Below are positions 26,201 through 34,263 of a DNA stretch of 64,000 nt, piece by piece. Origin of the DNA: Chitinophagales bacterium (GTDB lineage: Bacteria; Bacteroidota; Bacteroidia; Chitinophagales; BACL12). Every line of letters starts with the position of its first letter. Within the stretch, counting starts at the first letter, position 1. A program made the translations under genes and the position numbers. Below the pieces are notes generated by a model that saw only the letters and a program-made list of their open reading frames with translations, was not told the origin of the DNA and did not search any database. The stretch lies in contig JAIBBA010000001.1 of NCBI GenBank assembly GCA_019694895.1, positions 13,403-77,402 on the forward strand, in the 5' to 3' direction.

Positions 26201-28659
26201 ATACGCAATGGCGATTTTACTTTTACATAGTAATCAAATTCGCCTATACCTAATAGATTGCTTTGTGTGATGACGGTGAAATTCTGCACTTGGTAAACAG
26301 GTCGGCCCGATTCGTCAAAAACAGTATTTAAAATCCGACCGTCGAGAAGACCAACCTTGCTGTAGGTTTGATCTATGGTGTAGGATTGAACAGCTTGACC
26401 ATTTTCATCTGTCTGGCCTTCGGCATTTTGCGAAGGGAAATAGGTGGTGCCTCCGGAAATCTGAAAATTATAAGCAGGATATTTTTTTGAAGAGAAAAAA
26501 TGCTGTTGCAAATTAAATTCACTTTCGTAATTGCGCTCAGCTGCGGGAGTGCCGTATAGATTATTGGCAACTATGGTCGACTGAACACTTTCACCGGGAT
26601 AGTAATTCTGTTTATTGAGTGAACCGGAAACCTTGATTCTATCAGGCATAAATTCTTCAATGCTGATATATTCCGATGCCAATAAAATATCATTCGACGA
26701 AAACAATTGAACGGTGTATGTTCCTGTAACGGCATTTTTCGGGATATCGATTCCTGTTTCAAATCCACCTTGATCATCGATAGTTTTTCGGAGTGTTTTG
26801 AAATCCTTTCCGCTCGGCGAGATTACTTTGATCTTCACGGGGATACGGTCAAGCAATTGCCAGTCGTATGTACGCAAAATGCCTGCAATATGCATGGTTT
26901 CGCCGGGACGATACAAATCGCGCTCGGGATACAGGAAAGCATCTATATCAGAACTATTTAATCTTTTACCACCTACATCAAATCTCGAAGTGCTTACTTC
27001 AGTTTCGCTAAAGGGAAGGTAATTATAGTCGCTTCCATTTTTTGCCGTGATTAGATTTACATTGAAATCGGGCATGTTTTGTTTCAATCCCGTAAACCTT
27101 GCAACTCCGTTTTTATCGGTGCTTGCCGTATACAGTTTCTGATTGTTGGAACTGATAAATGATACTTTAATACCACTCATCGGTTCAGCGGTCTGAATGG
27201 AATTGGCAAATACTACCAGTTCATCCTCCGTTGCTTTTGCTATGAGGCCGATGTCTGAAATTGAAACGATTTGAGCATCGGTTAGCCATACTTTTTCAGC
27301 AGCACTAACGGTTACTACATATATACCATCGAAGCGTTCCAATTTATCTGTAAAATCGAGATGCAATACTCTGGCGGAATTATACTTTTCGAGTTTCGAA
27401 GTTTCTATTTCTTCCGTATAAACAACGTTGCCATACAACGATGTATTTACATTTTGATAATCGTGGTAGTCCCAATATTCTTCTTCTGCATCATATGATT
27501 CATACCAATCCCATGAGAAGCCGTCGCGCAAGAATGCAAGGATATTGTTTTCATAAATTTTCACAACATTGACCTGCACTTTAGGAACATTGACAATTCT
27601 TACTGAAATATTACGTTCTCCCTTACCGCCGAGATAGCGTGCTTTTTGTTGTGTGAATTCAATGGATGGCTCCAGTTCTCCGAAGGTGACAGATTGCTGA
27701 TAGGTATCTACCATTTTTCCTCCGGCTACACCTCTCAATTTATCTGAAAGTATAATCACATAGGTTTGTGAGGCATTAAATTGCTCGCTGGTTACGACTA
27801 GTCCGTTCAAAGTTTTTTCAATGGTAACTGGAATGGAGGGTTCAATTTTCACCAGTTCTTCAAGATTAGTATTGCTGAACTGTTGATTTGATTCTACCGT
27901 TATAGTTCCCACTATGCCGTCATGGTTTGCAGTAATATCTCTGATCTCAAGATCTTCCACCGGAGCAACAGGAACTTTCATATGCAAAGGTTTCGGCGTT
28001 TTGTAACGTGAACCCGGTGATCCAATTCCGGCGCGAATGTCTATGTTCAGGTCTTGATCTTTAGCTTTTGGAGATATGCCACTGATGGTAACTGCCATAT
28101 TATCAGCTGATTGAGTGGAGGTAATACTTGAAGTTTTATTAGTGCCATCAACTTTCACTGTTAACATATCGCCAAGTGTTTGCGGATCCACTGAGGCTGT
28201 AAATTGCAGTCCGGCATTCAATTTTACTTCCCCTGAAGTGGGTTCCAGAAACCAATATGTATTCACTGCCGTCAGGTCGAGCAAAGTAGTATGAAAGTTT
28301 ACCGGTGCTGATTTCAGTGCTAATTTCAGATCGGTATAATTGAAAAGATCCTTACCAAGTGTTGCTGTATAGGCTTCACTTTCTGCAAATCCTTTAGAAG
28401 GCGAGAAATAGAAAGCATCGCTGGAAACGATTTTAAAACGCCCTTCTACGGGTGGATCTATCTGCAACAAATCGGCGTCAACCCATTTGTCGAATAGCGA
28501 ATCGTTAAATACATGCTGGTTGAGATGTATTTCCAGATTCTGCCTGAGTTCTATTGTTTCAGGGAAATCGCCGGTTTTGATGGCTATTGTATTCCTGTCG
28601 GCGTTACAAGCGTACAAACCTAGTGCAAGAAGCCCAGGCCAGATGAGTTTTGCCCGCAT
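23263..28659 (-). CDS. alpha-2-macroglobulin family lipoprotein with intact thioester (YfhM/ECAM-like)
   Basis: About 1800 aa. Lipobox LLALGLYAC. Long run of MG-type beta-sandwich sequence. Thioester motif YPHGCVEQ, with CVEQ encoded at 24628-24639. Alpha-helical TED-like region after it. Start taken at ATG 28659 (MRAKLIW), with 28683 also possible. Confidence 0.92.
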   Translation of the reverse strand: MRAKLIWPGLLALGLYACNADRNTIAIKTGDFPETIELRQNLEIHLNQHVFNDSLFDKWVDADLLQIDPPVEGRFKIVSSDAFYFSPSKGFAESEAYTATLGKDLFNYTDLKLALKSAPVNFHTTLLDLTAVNTYWFLEPTSGEVKLNAGLQFTASVDPQTLGDMLTVKVDGTNKTSSITSTQSADNMAVTISGISPKAKDQDLNIDIRAGIGSPGSRYKTPKPLHMKVPVAPVEDLEIRDITANHDGIVGTITVESNQQFSNTNLEELVKIEPSIPVTIEKTLNGLVVTSEQFNASQTYVIILSDKLRGVAGGKMVDTYQQSVTFGELEPSIEFTQQKARYLGGKGERNISVRIVNVPKVQVNVVKIYENNILAFLRDGFSWDWYESYDAEEEYWDYHDYQNVNTSLYGNVVYTEEIETSKLEKYNSARVLHLDFTDKLERFDGIYVVTVSAAEKVWLTDAQIVSISDIGLIAKATEDELVVFANSIQTAEPMSGIKVSFISSNNQKLYTASTDKNGVARFTGLKQNMPDFNVNLITAKNGSDYNYLPFSETEVSTSRFDVGGKRLNSSDIDAFLYPERDLYRPGETMHIAGILRTYDWQLLDRIPVKIKVISPSGKDFKTLRKTIDDQGGFETGIDIPKNAVTGTYTVQLFSSNDILLASEYISIEEFMPDRIKVSGSLNKQNYYPGESVQSTIVANNLYGTPAAERNYESEFNLQQHFFSSKKYPAYNFQISGGTTYFPSQNAEGQTDENGQAVQSYTIDQTYSKVGLLDGRILNTVFDESGRPVYQVQNFTVITQSNLLGIGEFDYYVKVKSPLRIPMIAVDKDDKGYKTQDAHVEIIKYDYETVIEKHRNYYSYRSNRKEKMLQSYDKKISGDQDGIWFTPQQSGEYQIRLYLKDAKAYVEKSFYAYGWGSTQNNSFEVNTEGNINIISDKPKYDLGEEAEFLFTTPFNGKLLVTVEREKVIEYHYLDTEKKAASLKIKMNQSHVPNVFVTATLFRPNDESGMPLTVAHGIINVEVKNPAKAIPLTVTHEDHSRANTKQTINIKTAPNAQVTVAVVDEGILQIKNFTTPDPYNWFYMQHALGVFSYDLYAYLYPEIYLKKMLSGGDAMMNEGRLNPMTANRVKLVSYWSGILKADASGKIAYTIDIPQFSGDLRVMVAAYRNDQFGASESHMKVSDPLVMTTSLPRFLTPGDTIDVPITLANTTDKKASGKVTMSIEGPIKVVGSSTQQFNANANKEARSVFKIVAWGATGNAKVKVQSSALGETFTDITEIPVRPPAGLQKYSGEGYLDGNKSITVNMQPNLISSSAKARLMISYNPLVQFADDLDYLVQYPHGCVEQMTSSAFPQLYYADMVKSFYSKERPDLDPAYNVQETIRILQSMQMYNGALTYWPGGGYESWWGSIYAAHFLLEAKKAGYDVDQKTLDKLLGYLRTMLKQKKTYVYYYDKGLSVEMAAQEVFYSMYVLAVSGKAEMSMMNYYKANLSMVPQDGKYLLAMSYMLAGDKRSADKLLPGGFTDADPKQQFNGSFNSPIRDRAIALNCMLEADPNNQQIGRLSQQLSEMVKNARYMNTQERAFTFLAFGKLAKQSKEHNAKVVIKIGGKEAGTFDGTDLVIEDTKMASSPVTLNSSGSGRVYYFWYEEGVSADGSVKLEDNFLRVRKSFFNRWGQPIDLKNIHQNDLVVVKISLVSATGTYVENIAITDILPAGFEIENDRLRATNSMPWIQNQSEAQHEDIRDDRILLYTDATAKEKYFYYTVRAVTTGTFKMGPIMADAMYNEEYHSYNGGGWVTIKK

Positions 28660-28739
28660 GGTAGTGGAGGGTTTAGGGTTCACATGAGAAGATGCATAGA
28701 ATAACGCATGAAAATTACCTGTTTCGTATGAAATTCATA

Positions 28740-28747
28740 CAAAAATA
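28740..28747 (-). promoter_or_regulatory. candidate -7 promoter box (TATTTTTG on the minus strand) for the A2M gene
   Basis: Plus-strand CAAAAATA is TATTTTTG on the minus strand and matches TAnnTTTG, about 80 nt upstream of ATG 28659. Weak on its own. Confidence 0.3.
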
Positions 28748-28903
28748 TGTATAGAAACCCCGTTTTTTTATTCGCCACAAAAGCAATGCCAGAAATGATG
28801 AAATTAAACGAAAAAAACCTCACTTTTTTCTTGGAAATATCGAAAAAGCGGGCTAGTATCGTGGTATATTGCAATACAATTTTCTCACCTAAATCGAACA
28901 ATT

Positions 28904-29170
28904 ATGGTTATCACATTCGAAGAGTTGCGACACATCAAAGATGCCTTGCCACACGGCAGTATGGAGCGCATCGCCGAGGAACTGCACATTGAAGTGGATG
29001 CCGTCAGAAATTATTTCGGAGCTGAACATTTTGAAGCTCCGGGAAAAATTGCCGACGTCCATTTTGAAAAAGGAATCAGTGGCGGTGTAGTGCGATTGGA
29101 AGATACTGCTATTTTACAAAGTGCCATGCGCATACTTGATGAAGCTAAACATTTGCAAACACTGAATTAA
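28904..29170 (+). CDS. small hypothetical protein with HTH-like segment
   Basis: 88 aa with a non-repetitive, charged composition. SMERIAEELHIEVDAVRNYFG looks like a helix-turn-helix. Divergent from the A2M gene. No family recognised. Confidence 0.45.
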   Translation: MVITFEELRHIKDALPHGSMERIAEELHIEVDAVRNYFGAEHFEAPGKIADVHFEKGISGGVVRLEDTAILQSAMRILDEAKHLQTLN

Positions 29171-29436
29171 TTCGGCGTTTACAGATTGCGTAATTAGAAT
29201 GATTATGTAGAACACATCTCAATAATACCTTTGGTGTCTTTTCTATGTCTTCGCCCTTTATTCTTCGTTACTTGAATGGCCTTTACAACCTTCAGTAAGC
29301 CTGCCCGCCGCAAGAATCCAGGCGGGGGCTGCTTCAAGTGCCCCGGCTAAAGTGCGAATACTTGAAAATACTAACTCAAATCTATTTTTGAGCTGAGTTC
29401 AAATCGCAAGCAATTTCTTTTCATACTTGAACAACT

Positions 29437-29476
29437 TACCCCTCCGGTTGAAAAATTGGTGGGGTATTTTTATTTT
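29437..29476 (+). terminator. candidate plus-strand Rho-independent terminator with no CDS immediately upstream
   Basis: TACCCCTCC ggttgaaaaatt GGTGGGGTA (8 bp plus one mismatch) followed by TTTTTATTTT. It lies 267 nt after the nearest plus-strand stop codon. Confidence 0.55.
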
Positions 29477-29484
29477 AGGGATAT

Positions 29485-29515
29485 AAAAAAAAGGATGGGG
29501 TTGCCATCCTTTTCT
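29485..29515 (-). terminator. Rho-independent terminator of sucC (bidirectional shape)
   Basis: AAAAAAAAGGATGG ggttg CCATCCTTTT, 24 nt beyond the sucC stop. Confidence 0.75.
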
Positions 29516-29538
29516 ATTTTAAAAAGTTAGAATTCACA

Positions 29539-30729
29539 TTATAGCACAGCTTCCTTAACCAGTGCTGCAGCTTCTTTCAGAAGAATTGCAGAACGCACCT
29601 GAAGTCCACTGTCGTCGATCATTTTCTTAGCTTCTTCGGCATTAGTACCTTGTAAGCGCACGATAATTGGCACCGGAATATTGCCGATGTTTTTATATGC
29701 ATCGATAACACCTTGTGCAACGCGATCGCAACGCACAATGCCACCGAAAATATTTACAAGAATTGCTTTTACATTCGGATCTTTCAATATGATCTTAAAT
29801 GCCGTTTCAACGCGTTTTGCATCTGCCGTTCCACCCACATCCAAAAAGTTAGCGGGATTACCGCCTGATGCTTTAATGATATCCATGGTTGCCATCGCCA
29901 ATCCGGCTCCATTCACCATACATCCCACGTTGCCATCTAATTTAACGAAGTTGAGACCTGCTTCACCGGCTTCTACTTCCGTCGGATCCTCTTCAGTGAT
30001 ATCGCGCATGCCCATAATATCTGCATGGCGATACAGCGCGTTGCCATCTACAACACATTTCGTATCAACCGCAATGATCTGGTCATCAGAGGTTTTCAAA
30101 ACCGGGTTTATCTCGAGCAGTGAACAGTCGTTACCCACGTATGCATTATAAAGACTCGTCACGAATTTCACCATATCCTTGAAGGCAGCACCGCTCAAAC
30201 CGAGGTTGAAAGCAATTTTTCTAGCCTGAAATGCCTGGATACCTACAGTAGGGTCTACCCATTCCTTATGGAGTTTGTCCGGATGGTGTTCAGCCACCTC
30301 TTCTATGTCCATACCACCTTCCGTAGAATAGATAATTACATTGCGGCTTTTCTCGCGGTCGAGCAGGATGCTCATGTAAAATTCTTTGGTATCAGAGGCG
30401 CCGGGATAGTACACATCAGCTGCAACAAGCACTTTATGGACTTTTTTCCCGTTTGCACCTGTTTGTGGGGTAATGAGTGTAGCACCTAATATTTTTGAAG
30501 CCTTTTCATACACTTCATCAAGGCTTTTTGCCACTTTCACACCTCCGGCCTTACCTCGACCGCCGGCATGGATTTGCGCCTTTACCACCCAAATATTAGC
30601 ACCTGTAGCTGCCTGTAACTGACGTGCGGCTTCAACTGCTTGCTCCGGAGTATCTACCGGAATGCCTTCCTGAATCTTAACGCCAAAGCGTTTTACGAGC
30701 TCTTTACCCTGATATTCGTGCAGGTTCAT
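29539..30729 (-). CDS. sucC: succinate--CoA ligase (ADP-forming) subunit beta
   Basis: MNLHEYQGKELVKRFGV..., ATP-grasp region, and the C-terminal ...VNIFGGIVRCD..A.GV ligase-CoA domain. The canonical start at ATG 30729 replaces the 40-codon extension in the ORF track. Confidence 0.95.
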   Translation of the reverse strand: MNLHEYQGKELVKRFGVKIQEGIPVDTPEQAVEAARQLQAATGANIWVVKAQIHAGGRGKAGGVKVAKSLDEVYEKASKILGATLITPQTGANGKKVHKVLVAADVYYPGASDTKEFYMSILLDREKSRNVIIYSTEGGMDIEEVAEHHPDKLHKEWVDPTVGIQAFQARKIAFNLGLSGAAFKDMVKFVTSLYNAYVGNDCSLLEINPVLKTSDDQIIAVDTKCVVDGNALYRHADIMGMRDITEEDPTEVEAGEAGLNFVKLDGNVGCMVNGAGLAMATMDIIKASGGNPANFLDVGGTADAKRVETAFKIILKDPNVKAILVNIFGGIVRCDRVAQGVIDAYKNIGNIPVPIIVRLQGTNAEEAKKMIDDSGLQVRSAILLKEAAALVKEAVL

Positions 30730-30935
30730 GTATTTTGCATTTTGAGGGCAAATATACACAATGCGCTTGGCTTCATTTCGATTAAAATAGGCTAATGTGT
30801 TGGTAATCAGTACATCACAACTATTAACCGCTAATTCTGTGATAAGCATATTTCACAGCATTGTCAAATTCAATCAAAATTGAAGCACCGATGCATTTCC
30901 GATATAATTTTGCAATACACCTTCGTTTTACTGTT

Positions 30936-31247
30936 ATGAAGCGTTGCATCATTATCCTTTTTGTTATTGCGGCCATGCCTGTGTTCGGACAGTCGGCACG
31001 CATTTCTCCGGCGGCCTTCACTTCATTGTCTGTCGGATTTGTTCAACATACAGAACCTGTTCCACATGGTGGGCAAGGAATAGCTGCTACCACTGTTAAT
31101 CCAAATCCAAATGTCGGCACTTCGAATATTGTAGTGCAGGAAGAATTACTTGCCGGAAGGAAATCAAACCCGGGTTTGCGCGAGAAAATTACTTCCCGAG
31201 AACGCAATACTAACAAGCAGCCTTTATTTAAAAAGAAAAGGCATTAA
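30936..31247 (+). CDS. small hypothetical secreted protein
   Basis: ATG 30936 gives the signal peptide MKRCIIILFVIAAMPVFGQ. The remainder is low-complexity and basic. No family recognised. Confidence 0.35.
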   Translation: MKRCIIILFVIAAMPVFGQSARISPAAFTSLSVGFVQHTEPVPHGGQGIAATTVNPNPNVGTSNIVVQEELLAGRKSNPGLREKITSRERNTNKQPLFKKKRH

Positions 31248-31300
31248 TGATAGCTGCAGGTTTTATCTAAATTACCATTGTTGAATACCTGAAAAGGATA

Positions 31301-32164
31301 TTACGATAATCCTGCCACAAATGAGCGCATGGAAACGGCGCCCATGGTATTTTTTTCATTGAAGTATGAGATCGCTTCTTTGGTATCGGTAACGCCGAGT
31401 GTATATATCAATGGCAAAAAGTGATCATTGGTTGGCACTGACAGTAATGCCGATTTACCCAAATCTTTATAATTGATTACACCTTGGTGATTTCGCGCGT
31501 CAATGAATTCTTTGATCTTCGTGTCAAATTCAATCGCCCAATCATACGCAGTATCTGCCCATTGCACCATGCCAAGATTATGCACAATATTGCCACTGCC
31601 CATTATCAATACCCCTTTTTTGCGGAGTGATTTCAATTCTTCAGCCAATGCATAGTGATAAGCAGGTGTTTGATAATAGTCGATACTCAATTGATATACC
31701 GGGATATCGGCATTTGGGAACATTTTATTTAATACACTCCAGCATCCATGATCAAGGCCCCACTCAAAATCAAGTTCTACTTTTGTTTTGGTGATGACAG
31801 TGCTGGTTTCTTTTGCAAATTCCGGTGATCCGGGAGCAGGGTATTGCACATCAAATAAGGTTTGCGGGAATCCGCCGAAATCATGAATTGTTTCCGGTTT
31901 TTCCATGGCAGCTACTCTTGTTCCTCGCGTGAGCCAGTGGGCTGAAATACATAAAATTGCTTTGGGAACAGGTAATAACTTTCCCTGGGCCTCCCATCCG
32001 CGACTGAATTCATTGTCTTCAATGGCGTTCATCGGATTTCCATGCCCAACAAACATTGCAGGCATTACGATATCTTGTTCCTGTTGAAAGGTATTGCTGA
32101 ATTCCTTTAGTTGCATGGCTAATAAGCTAAATGTTCCTGCTTTAATGAATTTCCTGCGCTCCAT
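31301..32164 (-). CDS. 4,5-DOPA dioxygenase extradiol-like (class III extradiol dioxygenase, YgiD/LigB family) with Tat-like leader
   Basis: MPAMFVGHGNPMNA...SAHW...HDFGGFP...GSGNIVHNL match YgiD-type proteins. They are preceded by MERRKFIKAGTFSLLAM, a twin-arginine-like signal. Confidence 0.88.
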   Translation of the reverse strand: MERRKFIKAGTFSLLAMQLKEFSNTFQQEQDIVMPAMFVGHGNPMNAIEDNEFSRGWEAQGKLLPVPKAILCISAHWLTRGTRVAAMEKPETIHDFGGFPQTLFDVQYPAPGSPEFAKETSTVITKTKVELDFEWGLDHGCWSVLNKMFPNADIPVYQLSIDYYQTPAYHYALAEELKSLRKKGVLIMGSGNIVHNLGMVQWADTAYDWAIEFDTKIKEFIDARNHQGVINYKDLGKSALLSVPTNDHFLPLIYTLGVTDTKEAISYFNEKNTMGAVSMRSFVAGLS

Positions 32165-32298
32165 AGGGCTAAATTACGCATTTGTATGTATATACATATA
32201 AATAAAATAAATAGTTCAGTTACGGCAGCTTGATAAGTCATACAATGATACTCAAAATGCCACAAATCGGCATGCTGAAGGCGATAGGGCAATAATGG

Positions 32299-32306
32299 TT
32301 ACCTTT
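32299..32306 (+). promoter_or_regulatory. candidate -7 promoter box (TACCTTTG)
   Basis: Matches TAnnTTTG, 17 nt upstream of ATG 32324. Confidence 0.35.
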
Positions 32307-32323
32307 GCGGCAATATTTACACT

Positions 32324-32839
32324 ATGGCTTCGAAGCGTGTTTCAGAATCGGCAACCACCTTTACGGAGATCGTTATGCCGAACGATACCAATCCTATGCA
32401 CAACTTAATGGGAGGAAATCTATTGAAATGGATGGACATTGCCTGTGGTATATGTGCCAGCAAGCATGCCAATAGAGTAGCAGTTACCGCTGCGGTAGAT
32501 AATGTGAGTTTCGGTCGTCCGATCAAAATAGGGGACATCGTAACTATTTCGGCGCGTATGACGAGAGCATTTAATTCGAGTATGGAGATATTCGTAGAAG
32601 TTTTCAAAGAAAATTTCCGCACGCATGAAAAAGTAAAATGCAATGAGGCTTATCTCACTTTTGTTGCGTTGGATGATGACGGCAGACCGGTTTCCGTTCC
32701 GGAAATAGAACCTGAGAATGACGATGAGAAGCGCCGCTTTGTTTCGGCGTTGCGAAGAAGAGAATTGCGTTTGATTTTAGCCGGACGTATGAAACCGGAA
32801 GAAGCAAAAGAACTCAAACAGATTTTTTTGAACGAGTGA
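32324..32839 (+). CDS. acyl-CoA thioesterase (hotdog fold, YciA/BFIT-like)
   Basis: IVMPNDTNPMHNLMGGNLLKWMDIACGICASKHA...VTAAVDNVSFGRPIKIGDIV is the typical hotdog thioesterase core. Confidence 0.88.
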   Translation: MASKRVSESATTFTEIVMPNDTNPMHNLMGGNLLKWMDIACGICASKHANRVAVTAAVDNVSFGRPIKIGDIVTISARMTRAFNSSMEIFVEVFKENFRTHEKVKCNEAYLTFVALDDDGRPVSVPEIEPENDDEKRRFVSALRRRELRLILAGRMKPEEAKELKQIFLNE

Positions 32840-32855
32840 CGATAAATTACAGCAA

Positions 32856-32890
32856 TAAAAAAACCTCCGCAATTGACGGAGGTTTTTTTA
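32856..32890. terminator. bidirectional Rho-independent terminator
   Basis: AAAAAAAACCTCCG caattga CGGAGGTTTTTTT between convergent genes. Confidence 0.8.
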
Positions 32891-32907
32891 TACCATGAAT
32901 ACCGCAA

Positions 32908-34236
32908 TCAATACGGTTTGTTTTTCTTTTCCTTTGGTGTTGTTTGAGGGAAATCAGCTTCAGAAATAGCAGATTTTTTACCCAAATATGTCCAAACAAT
33001 GGCATTGCTGTATTTGTCGAAAACAGCATTAATGTCTTCAAGTTTCAGGCTGTTTACAGCAGCGGTTATTTTATCAAGATTTTCCCATCCACCGCTCATT
33101 TCCGCCATACCCAATGCATTGCTTTGATTAGCAGTTGTTTCGAGTGTGAGGTAATAGGTAGTTAAGAATTCCTGTTGTTTATCGCGCAATTCTTTTTCAG
33201 TAAAACCTTCTTTTTTGATTTTATTTAATTCATCCACCATCACCTGCATACTTTGTTTAGGATCGATGGTAGTGATATAAATAACGCCATAAGGATTGGT
33301 GATACCTGCGTTTGCATAGAAAGCTGCCGGAGCATAGCTGAGACTGCGTTTTGTGCGCAATTCGGTGAAATATCTGTCACCAACAATTGAAATCGCTACG
33401 CGATACGCAATACCTTCCGCATCGTTCGCAAATGGAGCACTCATGATACCACGAATGTAATTGGTTGCGATGTCGCGATCTTCAATATATGTTTTAGGTT
33501 GCGTGATCAATGTGCGACTTTCAGATGATGCCGGGCTTCCGCCGGGTAATGCTGCAAGCGTATTGTGAATTTTGGCAGTCAGGTCTTCTTGAGAAATATT
33601 TCCAACTACTACAAGGAATACGCGTTTTTTGCCTATTGTTTTCTTGTAATAGGTTTTAACATCATCGAGTGTGATGCCGGTTAGCGTTTCCGGAGTTCCT
33701 TCCGGTGCTTTAGCATAATCCTTATTTTCAAATGCTACCTGGCGGGATAATAAGGCTAGATACGTGTCAGGATCTGCCATGCTTTGTTGTGCACCTGCAA
33801 TTAATTGTTCGCGGAGCAAATTGTATTCAGCTTCGCCAAATGCAGGATGGAGTATAGCATCGGAAAAAAGTTTCCATGAATCGTCCCAAAATAGTTTAAT
33901 GCAATTCATGCTAAGTGTGCCTGCGTCTATATTGCTGCCGGCATTAAACGTAGTGCCGATTTTTTCTGCGGCTGATTTGAATTCGAGTTTCGACATGCCG
34001 GTTGTGCCGCCATCCATCATCAAATTCAATGTGAGATTCTCAATACCTTGTTTGTCTTTCGTGTAATTGGCAGTGCCACCTTCAATAAATAGCTGCACGC
34101 TGATTACATCTTTAGGTACCTGTTTATGAATGACCTTGATGCCATCCACCATATATTCTTTGGTATCCTGTGCTGTCAAGCGATTTGCTGAAAGCAGTGT
34201 CACCAATAAAACGATGGTTATTTGTATTTTTTTCAT
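32908..34236 (-). CDS. M16-family peptidase-like protein, non-catalytic subunit type (no HxxEH)
   Basis: Signal peptide MKKIQITIVLLVTLLSANRLTAQ. M16 fold-like sequence, but the zinc-motif position reads NLTLNLMMDGG. It lies directly downstream of an HxxEH-containing M16 gene. Confidence 0.85.
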   Translation of the reverse strand: MKKIQITIVLLVTLLSANRLTAQDTKEYMVDGIKVIHKQVPKDVISVQLFIEGGTANYTKDKQGIENLTLNLMMDGGTTGMSKLEFKSAAEKIGTTFNAGSNIDAGTLSMNCIKLFWDDSWKLFSDAILHPAFGEAEYNLLREQLIAGAQQSMADPDTYLALLSRQVAFENKDYAKAPEGTPETLTGITLDDVKTYYKKTIGKKRVFLVVVGNISQEDLTAKIHNTLAALPGGSPASSESRTLITQPKTYIEDRDIATNYIRGIMSAPFANDAEGIAYRVAISIVGDRYFTELRTKRSLSYAPAAFYANAGITNPYGVIYITTIDPKQSMQVMVDELNKIKKEGFTEKELRDKQQEFLTTYYLTLETTANQSNALGMAEMSGGWENLDKITAAVNSLKLEDINAVFDKYSNAIVWTYLGKKSAISEADFPQTTPKEKKNKPY

Positions 34237-34263
34237 AACGTATTTTTCGAGGTTCAAATGTTA

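Noticed and set aside
28680-28901. A 73-aa minus-strand ORF immediately upstream of the A2M gene, as a possible leader peptide or small protein.
   Set aside because: It lies in the AT-rich divergent promoter region, is Phe/Ile/Lys-rich as expected from AT-rich DNA, overlaps the A2M start region, and contains the candidate -7 box. It is most likely spurious.
29397-29405. T-loop-like GTTCAAATC in the 29.2-29.5 kb intergenic region, as a possible tRNA or tmRNA fragment.
   Set aside because: The flanking bases (CTGA / GCAA) cannot form a T-arm. No acceptor stem or anticodon arm can be drawn, and there is no CCA-adjacent stem. I do not consider it a tRNA.
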